Source: Catajapyx aquilonaris (Eukaryota). From it: a stretch of 63,603 nucleotides of DNA. The DNA lies in NCBI GenBank assembly GCA_000934665.2, contig JYFJ02002067.1, positions 1 to 63,603 of the forward strand. Direction: 5' to 3'. The position numbers and the translations under genes were made by a program. The notes under the pieces were generated by a model, which saw only the letters and a program-made list of their open reading frames with translations, did not search any database and was not told the DNA's origin. The first letter of the stretch is position 1; each line of letters opens with the position of its first letter. Positions 26,801-38,858 of this stretch are shown one piece after another.

Positions 26801-29800
26801 TAGGTTCCGTATCTCCTGAAACACCTGCCCCGGTTCAGGCATGGGTTTTCTTGGCACTCGTCCACGTCTTCTTCGCAGCTCTGTCCTTGGTAGCTAATGA
26901 CAGGGCGTACAGGTTGGAAAATCATTTGTCATCTCAGCCGCCACCTAAGGGTGTGTCAACTTACCCAGTGTCGTTACAGTCACACTCGTACGAGTTGATA
27001 CCATCAGTACATACGCCACCGTTTTGACACGGTCTGGAGGCGCAATCGTCAATATTTTCCTGGCAGTCCACTCCAGAGAATCCTACAATACAACAACAAT
27101 AGCGGCCATTTGATAGTCGATGCTCGGAATAAGGTCGTGTTTACCTGGTGGGCATCGGCATACATAGGTGTGAGTGATATTGGAGATAACGCACGATCCG
27201 TTATTTCGACACGGATTGGCTTGACATGCGACACTTTCCAACACCGTCTCGCAGTAACGACCTGAAGGTTGAAAACTATAATTAGAACCTCCGTGTTTGG
27301 TCCGGCATATCAACAGGTTTTGGGTGTGTCACCAACCTGTGAAATGAGTTGGGCAAAGACAGTACGTCTGGTTCCCGGATGAAGCTTCCTGGCATGTTCC
27401 TCCATTTCTACATTGGGAAAATTCAGGGCGACTACACAGAGGACCTGTAGCAAACAAGTGTATCAGAAAACCCGTACCATATAAAAGCTGGATAGATGAA
27501 GCAAATTGTGTTAACCATTGAGAGAAAAGAGCACACACATCATGCGAACCAGTGTTACAGTACGATTCTCATGGGTTAGATTTTTTAATGTTACAACACA
27601 ACAAGAGATACATCATCTGCGGATGTGAATGCAGGTGCATAAGAGAGAATTCACCTGTGTCGATCTCACAGTCGGAGCCAGAATAGCGTGTGGTGCAGCG
27701 GCACTCATAATCCTCATACCCGCCCATGCAGTTGCCATGCCCGTGACAAAGTTGTCCAGAGCAGTTCTCTAGCTGGAAGTCACCTGCGGGGGGATCAGCA
27801 GTGCCGAGGGTGTTTTTGTCTCTTTTTTTGTTTTGCCGACATGCATCAGCACGTAGATATGTGCATTCACAACACGTAGGTTAGTAGGGCCCGCGCTCTT
27901 ACAACTGTGGCAAGTTCAACGCCCAGCAGCTCGTGTGAGGGTGGGAGCATCCACTCGGCTCAATTACACAACTTTAGTTCAGAAAAATTTCGACATAGTG
28001 AAAAGGAGAGAACACAGAAAACTACTTGTTATCTACGACGACTCTCAGAGTAGGAACAGCAGTGCAGAGGAAATTACCATGCTGGTGTGTGAAAACACAT
28101 ATTTGTCACAAATTATCTCCAAACATGTATACACATAGAGGGGTGGATGGTACTAACTGCAATCGAATCTGGCCGGAATAGGGCATGGCCCCCATTTGAC
28201 CCTGGCACTTGTGGCGTGACCACTGCTCAGCTCCACGCCAGGACCCTCCAGAATGCAACCCACATATCTCTGGCCCACGGTCAATGGGAAGCTGCTCTCC
28301 AGCAGGTTGGGATTGATGATCTCCGGCTGAATAAGACCACAAAATGTATCCATCTCGTATGTGTCATACATTATGTGTACCTACGTTGTACGTCGCATTG
28401 GCGACCAATACGCTGAACCTGTCCACGCTGAGTATGAGTTGACCCAACTGGTATTGCAAGTCGATGTCGTGCCATTTGTTGTCACGAAACGACTCGCCTA
28501 TATCAGTCACGTACATACTCTCTTCTTCTTGCACCGTGAGTCGCAAAGTCGAGTTTTCCAGCAGGGACAACCGGAAGGAATTGCCCTCGCCAAAGCCAGG
28601 TCCCTTTTGGGACAAACGCAGTTATAGCACATGTCATTGTCATAGTAATTGGGTATTCACCTGGTTGAGTAAAGTTCCATTTGCACAGGTACGAAAGCTG
28701 AGGCCGATGTGACCCCTGAGTGAGCTGATTCCTGGTAGACGGACATATGAGGAGCCGCCGAAGAAGCCCTCCGAGTGAGTGAAGGGCGCCGTCGATGGCT
28801 GCGACAATGATGGCACTGCTGCTACCGCCAACAAAAATGCTGAAAAGGTATACAAAAATTGGGTATTGGGTCGTTGCGTGACACCACTCGACCACAGGCA
28901 AGGCCATTCAGAGTGTGGTACACTTCCCACCTGCACTGGTCCATGAGAAATGGGCTTTCCTACATGGGACTAATTAAATTTTCTTAGACCAGGGAGGACC
29001 ACGTCTATCACGCGATAATAAGAAATAGACGACCCTATTTTACAAAACTGTTCACGTCACATGATACGCATGTTACAAATATTTGCGTGTGGCAAGCCTG
29101 CTGTAAATACAGTACCATCCTTTTTACCATTTCCCACATTAGCTCTACCTTGCGTGACACCGTACCGCACGGGTGCATAACCTACGGACAACATATGGTT
29201 TTCCTGAAAAAACTGTGGGTTGCCTTTGTGAAGTCCCCATCAAAGTCAACGTGCAACTGTAACCCCGCTAACTGCTCCTTGTGAGAAATTGGACCCAAAC
29301 CACCCGGCGTTACTTCACACCCCAATCCAGCCGTAAAAGAAAAACCCGGTTTTTGGTTTCCGACCGCCCTCGTTAGGCGCCCGAAATTTTTGTTTCGATT
29401 TACAACCCGCCTCTAGCCCAGGAACCGTGCTCCAATGCTTCGACTGGCCAATGCCCATACAATGGAAGGCCATGTGTGCAACGTGGACACTAGTTTGTAA
29501 GGCTGTCAAGTGGGTGACCATTTCCTTGATTGAAAGCAGGTGGCCCCCTTTTTTTTGGACCCTCCCTCAGGTTCCTGGCTGGACCACTGTTTCTTCTCAA
29601 ACTGGAGTCAGGGTCGGGACCTAATGGGCCGTGGACATAAAAGCAGGCATCGTGTTACTTTGGGGAGAAAAAGGGACGGTTTTCAAGGCTTTGGAGTGGT
29701 GTCACCAACCTGTGCACCAGTTCGAATTCAGGACGTCACCATGGCGCAATAGGTACAAAAACGCAGGTAAATCGATGGGGCCAGTCACCCGGTTGCACCT

Positions 29801-32800
29801 GGCCCACCTGCTTCGGATCTATATCGTGTAATGTTGGTCACGCTACTTTCTGGCCTAAATTATCCGCGTTTTCATTTCACAGTTGTCTGCATTTACTGCA
29901 GTTTATACTGCAGGGGATGTCCTTCAGAGGTTTCCTCATTCGAATGTAGTCACCTGAAATACACCTGCGTGAAGGTGTACCTGGCTGTACAGAATATTCA
30001 TGGCTGTGTGTTTTTTTGTGATGATAATTTTTTTTATTCGTTTTCTTAGTGTTGCTGCATAAGGAATCTCTCGGAGCTCGCGTGCATTTATTTTCTATTC
30101 AAGGGCACGAGAGCAGGCTTTATCTCAACCCACATGATCATCAGAGCCTTGCTGTGTAAAACTGAAAGAAACCACACGCTGTCTTTATGGTGTCTGTCGG
30201 ACTACAGGCTGTTACGTAATTTGGGCTATAGCAGTAACGGTCGGGGGGGAAAAGTCAATTCGAACGTGACTAATAATGTAGCGCTATTTTGGACCGTTCT
30301 GTAACACAGTGTTTGGTGCAGAGAAAATGCGTTGTTTTAACAGGAAAAATACGGTGATTTTTAGTAACCTGTATTGCTTCAGTATAATCATAGTGGGTAG
30401 AAGTTTAGCGTGTTGACCTCACTGCATATGATTGGCAAGGTGTGGGCTACTTTCTGTTGTTCACATGCCCTGACCTATAATATAACGATGCGATAGGACA
30501 ACCCTTGACAGTACGCGGCATATACGCAACGGTCGTGTACAATACCTTCGTGACTCGCTTTCATTCTCCACGACTTGAGGAAATCGAAAGACACGAGAGC
30601 TGCGGGTTGAGTCATCGACTCCTTCGAAGTCGTGACGCTGTCTAAAACCAGTATCTTTTTCTGTTCAAGAACAATGCCCGGGGGGACTTCGCTCGTAGGA
30701 TGCTACTTGCTGTGATTCATCCTTTTTCTTTTTTTATGCCTTTCCTTATACCTAGCGTATGTCACCTAAAGCGGAACAAAGTAATATTTCGAATCGGAAT
30801 GTCTATTGTTATGGTTGAGTACAGCTATGCAGCCTTACATCAGACCGACCCGAGTGTGTCAATGATCTATCGGAATGCAATCAGTGAAAACCCTTACGAT
30901 GCAGGTCGGCGACATGTGTTTTAAAAGAATAACTTCCTGGCGATCTTAACGGAATATGTGTCGTCACGTTTATCTCGAAGGAGTTGGTCATACATATTTC
31001 ATGAGCCGAGGTCATGCTACTTATTCTGACGGCCCAAAACAAGGCCCGTTTAATTTGTGTATTTTTATACATATTGTGTATATTTAATCTCCTTCCTCTT
31101 CCCTGCTTGTGCATTCTAAAAGGACGCTGAACTTTGCAATTTACATGTTTTCAAAAGTGAAGCACTTCCCATAAATCCATCGTGGCCAGTTCTCATGACA
31201 AACCTCTTAAACGCATCCATTTTCAAGCTTCGTTTACTACGTACCCTGACAGATGGGAAGATTTGGCCCTCCCCGCCCGAATTATGTTATGAGAAAGTCA
31301 CGTGAAAAATTTAGTCCTCCACTCCCACTTTTTAAATCCCCCCCCCCCCCCNCCAATTTGAACCTATTAGGGCGTAACATATAGGACCGTTCCACTTTTT
31401 TATGCAGATCGACATGATGCGTGAGTATGCGCAAGAAAAACGAAGGATTTTCGATCATAGTTCGTCCTTCTCGTGTCCCCTTGGCTTGGAAGAGGGTGGT
31501 AGGTGGGGTGAAGCACGCTATCCTGCTTGCTCCAAAGAGTCTAGTTTTGGAAAGCTTTTAAGTCCTGTACTCCTCCCACCCAGCCACGAACGCACCAGGC
31601 AAGAATAACTTGCCAGAAGGGGTCTTTTGTCCTTCGTATGCAGACGAGAACTAAAGAATGTTGAAAACTGTGAGGCAGGACAAAGGTTCAATATTGACAT
31701 TTTGGGGGGGNGGGGGGGGGGGGTACATGAAAATTTTGGCATCACAGGTACCGGGTGTCGAAATGCAATTGGCGGGAAGTAATGCATTTGCAAACTGGCA
31801 ACACATGGTCACGCTTCCTTCCTCTCTTTGTTCTTTCAATGGGAAGAGAGTTCTTGAGAGGAAGTAAGGCGCACTGAGTAATAAAAACAACAGAAGAAAA
31901 AAAAACGCGATTGCCTCCATTGCATTGGTGGGCAAGTAAATTGGCCTACATATTGCAGCCCCAACTTGAATGCACCATAGGAGGTAATTAGAGCAACAAA
32001 TAATTGCTTCCGAACGTTCAGAACATTAGCTTAAATAGGCAAAGTTTGGCGCATGTGGAGGAAACTTGTGGGCAATTTTCTCGGCAAAATCGCGTGACCC
32101 GAATCAAAAAGGAAAAAAAAGCTGCACACTTAAGAGTTTTCTTCCACAAAAGGTCGTCCTTAAAATGAAATTTGTTGGAAGTTGCAGCAATGACGTCTTT
32201 GCTAAGTTTAGACATGAAATGATATTGGTCCATCGATGTTAATTTTTTTTCAGGTAAGAACACCTATAATAGGCGTGGTCCTATCAAATAGCACCTGGTG
32301 ATGACCGTATAGTAACACCTGAGACGCACTGCACAATTAGGAATGATTTACCGTTTATTGACCAAGTGGAGGGGCCCTTAGTTGGAGGATTCGCTTGAGA
32401 GGCCAACTAAGGCTCCCGAACCGTTCGTTGGTCCAAACCCCTGGCATTCCGGCCACCGACCTTACCTAAGAAATAACTTGTATGTACCCTCGCTTGCTCC
32501 ACAACAAGAGGAACCGGTTCCTCCCCAATTTTCGCCAAATATTCTCTCCTTGCTGGCCTGGGTCCTCACGTGTGTTAACACTCCTTTTTTTATAGCTTTG
32601 TCAACATTATAGCCACCGATTCGGGTTACTACCGTTTTAAGATAAGGGCTGTAACAATATTGAGCCAACGATAGGAATGTGGGTCTCTTCCAGTCCTACA
32701 TTTTGGAGGTGTTGGTTATATTCTCAAGGGATTCAGGTGTTGAGAAGGAAGGCGCGTGATGAGGTCGGAGGGAAAAATGGTTTTCCTTCGGGCCCAACGG

Positions 32801-34852
32801 CCAAAGAGCAGTCTTCCGTGGTTCCGGCTGGTTAGTTGGTGGGGGAGGAGGTTGGAGGTCACGGAGGTTCCTCTCGGTTGCATACAGTCAAAGACATTTG
32901 TCTTGTATTGTCTGGCATTGTTTGTTGTCAGTAAAAGGTCCCAGCAGTGGTTGTGGATGAATGAGTTTAAAATATTTGATTTGTACACATTATTTTTGCA
33001 CCTGAATATTCAGGAAAGAGAAAACCGGTCGTTTCCACCATAAAATGAGCCAAATTAGGTTAATCCCCACATTTATTAAGGCTCGTCCATTCTTAGTCGG
33101 TTTCCATTAATAGGCTTTCAGAGCGAAAGTGTCTTCCATGTCCTGGAAAAAATACGGCTTGTACATTTCAGTTGTTACAACCAGAAGTGCCGTTCCTGGC
33201 GAATATCTCAAGTGATAATCCCTTCTCGTTTGAAGTGAAAACGAATCTTGATCCGACAGCGAACATGGTCCGTTGAGGTCGTGACTAGGTTACCGAAGTG
33301 GGGAAAAAAACGACATACGTATAGCAAAAGTGTGTAAGGGCAGTTAATCATTTTCCTTTCGTTTAGTCTGAGGCCAAAGTCCTGGCATAACTTCTTGCTC
33401 TTCATCACGCCTTTCGTACCGTTTTCTTTCTGGAAAACTAACCTCCAGTTCTCAAGCAAAGGCCACTTCCTAGACACGTTTTTTTTTTCTCTCTCTCTAA
33501 CCGCCTTGGGATGACACTAGAGGTACCGTATATACGTCATGAGTCGCTTACTGTCCTTTTTCTTCACTAAAAGTAAATTCCTGGCCACGCTTCGGAGCTA
33601 GATACGCCCCGGCAACTTCCACCTTTTGTGTGACTCACCGCATATCCGGTAGTATTAAAATTAAGGGTAGAATAAGAAAGGGTTGGGCTTCTGTCGTACC
33701 CTGGAGGAAGAAAGGTGACCTTCGCAGGTGCGAGCTGACATGTCGCATTGGGCAAGACTAAATTACGCTGGTTTCGTAAACGGTAGGCGGCGCAATTGTT
33801 GTTTAGATAGAAAGGTTAGTGCTCATGCAAATTGCTGAAGACTAAAGAGTTGTGTCATGATCGTGCTGACTCTGCGGTCATTACAATGCCGGTATGGTCG
33901 TGGGAATAATTCTATGTCGTTGTACGGTCTATTTTCAAGCATCTGATTTGCTGTTTCGGCCATCTGTAACGATGCGTGTAAATCGAACCATCCGATTAGA
34001 TAGGCTCTTAGATAAGCCCCTCATATGTATTTCATGACAGGGAATCCCAACGTGTAAATTCCTGCGAAATGACAGTTTCACAGTACCCGAGTTGTTAATA
34101 TTTTTTTTTTTGTACACAATTGTGTGGCAACAAAATAGTTCCGTCTGAGTGAGCATGATGAAGCGAGAGAAAATTTACATGCAGCTAATCCCGCATATAT
34201 TTTGTAACAATGTTTACCTCACCCTATCGAAAATATTATAGCCCTTGTACCTTGTAATTTCGCGAATACATAAAAGCAAATGAGTCATCACTTTTCTCAT
34301 TTTGGAACCGTTTTCACGACGTGTGTAACGTACAGTGTCAGTGTGTCAGCTCGACAAGGAAAATAACCCGTCCTATCTGGCAGTAAAAGTTTTTGTAGTG
34401 CAACAACATCCGGAATGGCATGCGAATCCTCAGAATTTGCAATCGCAGCCTGGCTGGGTCAATGGAGCCGTCAAGACAAAAGACTACGTCAACCACTACG
34501 AAGGCACCGAACCCGAGTACGGTGACACATTACTCGCGTCAAGTGTTTACAAAATATCGGCATTCAATTGATGAAAGACGAGATGGTTGGGGGCGTGAAG
34601 GCGCGTGCCTTCAAAAGTTTCATATTACACTTGATTACAATCAGGGAAAGCCGGCCGATTCTTGCAACAATTGCGTGCGGGTGTATATCCGGCGCAACAC
34701 TAGAATATCCGCCATATTCACCTGAGCTCAGGTGCGACAGACACCCCCCCNCCCCCCCCCCCACAACACACCCACGCGGTCATACCCTCTCCTGGCTATA
34801 GAATGTAACACTCACTGGTCAGCAGCGGTCTTCTCCACTTGTTGTGATCCAT
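11868..34852 (-). CDS. crb: Crumbs, full length (~2317 aa): signal peptide, N-terminal LamG-like domain, EGF repeats, three further LamG domains, TM, cytoplasmic FERM- and PDZ-binding tail
   Basis: 28 in-frame exons totalling 6954 nt: 34816-34852, 28661-28839, 28385-28603, 28158-28326, 27655-27783, 27337-27444, 27145-27261, 26965-27082, 26755-26893, 26502-26697, 25593-25709, 24744-24934, 24521-24674, 23906-24445, 20775-20924, 20419-20567, 18983-20360, 18146-18765, 17257-17444, 16461-17031, 15675-15970, 15120-15341, 14643-14830, 14439-14584, 14230-14371, 14008-14162, 12151-12264, 11868-12089. N-terminus [25 protein letters not shown] (exon 1 assignment inferred from phase and signal-peptide fit). 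Diagnostic tail [37 protein letters not shown]. Confidence 0.95.
12403..13479. mobile_element. piggyBac-type non-autonomous fold-back element (long imperfect inverted arms) in a crumbs intron
   Basis: TTAA-CCCCTTCGGTAC at 12403 and GTACCGAAGGGG-TTAA at 13479. Left arm ~12407-12735 mirrors ~12780-12867 plus 13232-13475; the right arm is interrupted by a SINE. Confidence 0.85.
12868..13215 (+). mobile_element. tRNA-derived SINE nested in the piggyBac-type element
   Basis: Pol III A box TGGCGCCGCGG, B box GGTTCGATCCC, (TTA)n tail, and a 16-bp target-site duplication TATTTTAAAGTATTTC at 12852-12867 and 13216-13231. Confidence 0.88.
18042..18096. mobile_element. 55-bp hAT-type mini-element (hairpin) in a crumbs intron
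   Basis: 24-bp TIRs CAGGGATGGAAAAAGAAC(T/C)GCTTC with one mismatch, 7-nt spacer, and a perfect 8-bp TSD ATTATATT at 18034-18041 and 18097-18104. Confidence 0.85.
21677..22251. mobile_element. Tc1/mariner-type fold-back MITE, ~575-bp near-perfect palindrome
   Basis: TA-CAAGGCGTTTCAGAGTCACGGGTCAAGCGCGC ... GCGCGCTTGACCCGTAACTCTGAAACACCCTG-TA; the arms mirror each other to a centre near 21960. Confidence 0.88.
22250..22939. mobile_element. mariner-derived fold-back element made of two inverted copies of the element 5' end
   Basis: Ends GGTGTGTTCAAATGAAACAAAAA / TTTTTGTTTCATTTGAACACACC. Mirror ORFs 22406-22789(-) and 22408-22791(+). Frameshifted peptide [62 protein letters not shown] resembles the mariner N-terminal HTH. 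Confidence 0.85.
25778..25892 (-). CDS. crb: Candidate alternative first coding exon of crumbs (own signal peptide) inside intron 10
   Basis: Encodes [38 protein letters not shown]. Phase-1 donor TCTG|GTATTT and a 68-nt intron join it in frame to the shared exon 25593-25709. Initiator-like TCAGTC at 25900-25905. Confidence 0.7.
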
Positions 34853-35169
34853 GTCCACGGAACAACAGTCAGGAGGAACCGAAATGTGAGGCAGTGTCCA
34901 TCCCGGCCACGAAAACGCGACTAAATTCAGATTCCCAGAGCCCACTGCCACTTGTTTCCATTCACCTGAGTGACGTCAGGTTTCCCTCCTCCACCCTCCC
35001 CCTCTGGCACGAACTAACCTCCTCCAGGCCCGATGCATTCCTGGCGTTAGATGGCAGACCAGTGTGGGAAAGTACCGGCGTGACCAGGGTTCTGTGGTGC
35101 TCAGGAGGTGCTGGGAGCCATCTAGTGGAAGGGGCCGAAGAGTAAGGAGAATTTACTGAAATCAGAGAG

Positions 35170-35175
35170 TTTATT
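35170..35175 (-). terminator. AATAAA polyadenylation signal of the crumbs-like secreted gene
   Basis: TTTATT on + strand, ~120 nt downstream of the TAA at 35293-35295. Confidence 0.55.
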
Positions 35176-35292
35176 GCTGCATACAGTACAGATACAGTAG
35201 CTGACACGTTTAGTAGGTTGGTCAAACAGTAGTACCCGGATTCACATCCGAAGAACCTGTGGTACCTTCCGGAGCTAAAAAGACCACCGTTT

Positions 35293-38200
35293 TTATGATA
35301 GGCTGCTGCGAAAGTCGCATAGCTTTCCGATGAATCCGTCTTGACAAACGCAATGGAAGCTGCCGTAGTCGTCCACGCAGGTACCGCCGTTTTCGCAGGA
35401 CAGGAACAGACACTCGTTGACATTTTCGCTGCACGTTGTACCTTCATGGAAATTATGATTAGCCAAATGTGACAAAACTGGTATACGTCCTTACCGATGA
35501 ATCCAGGAGCACACGAGCACTTGTAGCTGTTGACCATATTGACGCACGTGCTGCCGTTCATGCAAGGTTGGGACAAGCACTCGTCGAACTCGAATTCGCA
35601 AAAATGTCCCGCATATCCAGGCCGACAATAGCACTGGAAGGAGCCATCAGTGTTTTGGCAAATACCATTCTTGCAGGGACTTCCCTCCGCGCATTCGTCA
35701 ATGTCTTGTTCGCAATTCACGCCTGGACAGCATAATAGGACGTAACTAAAGGGTGGAGAAAGGTCATCATGGGGTGACTCACCTGTCCTCCCAGGAGGAC
35801 AAACGCAGGTGTAATTGGACACGCCTTCGACGCATGTAGCCGAAGAGTGGCAGGGAGATTCGGCGCATAACCTTGGTTCTCCGCATGTTGGACAATCGGT
35901 CGGCTTGTGGCAGAGAGCACCCTGGAATCCTATCGCATGATTATTCACACAAGTTGTGGGGGACTATTGGCCTGTTGGACACACCTGGTGGACAAATGCA
36001 GGTGAAATCAGTCCCGCTCGATTCGCAAGTACCGCCGTTTAAGCAAGGGTTGGGGGTACAGTTATTCACTTCCACGTTGCATTTTGCACCGGTCCAACCC
36101 GGTGCACACTTGCATCTGTGGGTGTCTCCCTGGAATGATGATTGTTAGCAATATATTGAAGGTTGGAGATAGGCGGCACTTACATCGTCGATGCATTCTA
36201 GGGAGTGCGGACCGCAGGGGTTGGCAGCACATGTGGAGTAGAGTAATCCGCACCATGGACCGGTGTACCCTTCCGTACATCTACATACGTACCCTTGGGT
36301 GAGATCAACGCATGTGCCGCCGTTCAAACATGGTGTTGAGCTGCAGTCGTTCGTAGGAAGTTCTGTTTGGTTACCTAAATGACAGACATAAAAATGCTAT
36401 TAATACATGCTCGGTCCACAGTGATGTCATGCTGCTACACCTTTATTGCACTTGAGTTCCTGGCACGTAGATTTGAACCTGAGGCTGGCGTTGTTCTCTT
36501 CGCCACCGTGTAATCTGAGTCCAGAGCTTTCCAAAAGACAGCCCATGAAATCATTTCCGACAACTAGGGATGAGGTAGATGAAAACAGACCAGCAGCGCT
36601 CTGCAAATCAAAATGATAAGTTACATGCCAAAATAACGATAATTTACCTTAGTATTGGAAAGTTACATTCTATTAAACTTATTGGAAGTGTAAAAGTAGC
36701 TTTTGTTGTAATATGATACAGGCGGATACTTTTCGTGTGGAACTTATAATGACATCTTTGTATCATTCCTGCACTCAGCATATAATTGACGTGGGTCGCT
36801 CTGCAAAGGGTATAAGCTGGTCAATTGTTGGGGAGAAGATAAAACCGGGCCCAATAGGAAATTAGGTTGCCCCATACTGATATGCGTGCATTTTTGGCAA
36901 TGGATTAATTCAGTAGACCCTATGCATGATATACGAAATGTAATCCCACACGTTCCGATAAATAGCTACATCATTACAGCATGTTTAAGATAAAGACGTC
37001 ATCACCAAAAATTTTACATATCACTCCATTTTGGAACATTTTTCTTCACTTAAACTTACTGTAGGACATGGGCCCTAGCTTTTCATTCTCATAGAGTAAT
37101 AGACTCACAATAATACTGTCAAAATATTTAGGAGTGAAAGGTTTCCCAAAAATGTCGGTAAGAACATTAATTTGCTAAAATTTCGTCATAACACAAGCTA
37201 AAATTATTATTAATTTATGACTTGAAAAAACAAGCCCTTTGTGAGTATATCGCATGTGTTAGAGGCAACGCAAAACCAAGGGCGATCGCACTGAATCACG
37301 TATGGGAAAACAATGCCCTTTCTCGCACGTATGTTATACAAGTTCGCCGTATAAAAAATTTGTGTGGAAAAAGGGCAACATTTTCGATACAATCTATACT
37401 ATAGTAACACTGAACAAGTTGTCTAGGGAATTACCCTGAAAGCAATGTAAACCGCTGTGGTTTGCACTTGGTCCACTTTGAGATTAAAGGCTCCGTTTTG
37501 ATACCAAAGCTCGACGAAATGCCACTGACTGTCATTCAGGTTATTTCCCACGTGGGTAGCGATGTGTCGGCCGTGCCTTTGGTCGTACACTCTGAGAAGT
37601 AATGATCCGTTGCTAACCAGTTCAACCTCCAGTGAATCGCCATTTGTCGCCCGCTACCAAACAAGGGAGAAAAAAAAGTGAGATAGGTGAGTTGGTTACG
37701 CCAAGTTGTTTTTTTACACTCTCGCAATTGCGCAGCGCAATTTATGAGAGGACCTAAAAAGTTTTTTGTGTGCGTATTGTTCATTCATCGAGTGTCACTG
37801 CAAAAATATCTGGCTGAATGCCAATTAAGTATGCATGCATTCGGTACATGATCAATGTACAAATGAACGTGACACCTGCAACTTATCGCTGATAAAAAAA
37901 AACAGGCTTTAAATATTTTTAATGGCATTTGTTACTTTTAATGCTCGATTGGTTCAGTAAGTGCCACTCTGCATTTTGAGTATGACCTTCCACGTGTGTC
38001 TTCTATAAACTATTGTTACGCAACGATGACCTGCGGGACACGCGTGCATATCTCTTTGTGCTGTGTATACAGAGGACCAGGCTTTTATTATTGGCTTTAT
38101 CCTTGAGTTACGATGTGGTAACAGAGTGACCAATCTTGAACTATACCCAACCTGTTGCAAGAGAGATCCGGGATGACAGGTGCGAAAGCTGAACTCGGTG

Positions 38201-38858
38201 CGATCGACAGCAGATGAGATCGGAGGTAGAATGAGTCTGCTGGATCCATCCAGATACAACTCTCCCAGCGAAGGTGGCCTCGGATGTACCGGTACGGCAT
38301 ACAAGAGTGCTACTAGAATTATGCCGACTTAGCGAATGGGGTGGAGGAAAAAAAACAGTAATGAATACCTGGTGCTAACTAGGTTAGTGATTATCTGAAG
38401 ATGAGTCTGATTTAGTGCAAAAAGTTGGCGGCCTTGATACAAGAGTTAGGATCTTTTTGTAAAAAAAAAAATGAAGAAATTTTTCCTTGACAAATATTCA
38501 GTAATGTTTTTTACTACCCATTTTGCGTTTGGGTTACGAGGTCAGTGTTTTTTTGCCGACTAATGATTTGCAAATCATTTCTAAAACGTTTGAAAAATAT
38601 TGAGTCAGGCATTTCCCTTTCTTCTTCAATAATATACTCAAGGTAAAGAAAAAGGGATGCAACCTTGACAAATGTCGCCAGGGGTAGCTGATTCTTCCAC
38701 ATTCGATCAGAACCATAAACAAGCAAATTGCGATCGTAACTATTTTTATTTCGAGCCACCCTGCGAAATAACTCCCAAACTTCTTTCACCCAGCACTTCC
38801 ATCAATCTTGATCAAAGTAACACTTTCTGACTACCAAAAGGGTCATCTTACCTGTCAT
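35293..38858 (-). CDS. Crumbs-derived secreted protein (~473 aa): signal peptide + Crumbs-type N-terminal LamG + 7 EGF repeats, no TM or cytoplasmic tail
   Basis: Nine in-frame exons totalling 1422 nt: 38852-38858, 38152-38327, 37435-37653, 36441-36600, 36184-36374, 35985-36129, 35783-35929, 35495-35722, 35293-35441. N-terminus MTVGIILVALLYAVPVHP. LamG motifs FSFRTC, LNDSQWHFVELWYQNG and GNDFMGCLLESSGL parallel crumbs [22 protein letters not shown] and [14 protein letters not shown]. Ends GFIGKLCDFRSSLS*. Confidence 0.85.

Noticed and set aside
31338..31723. Poly-C and poly-G runs containing N (also at 34745-34762)
   Set aside because: Homopolymer sequencing uncertainty; no convincing flanking inverted repeat or TSD established.
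28950..34800. Many 60-100 aa ORFs in the 6-kb first intron of crumbs
   Set aside because: No recognisable motifs or consistent splice chain; a nested gene cannot be supported.
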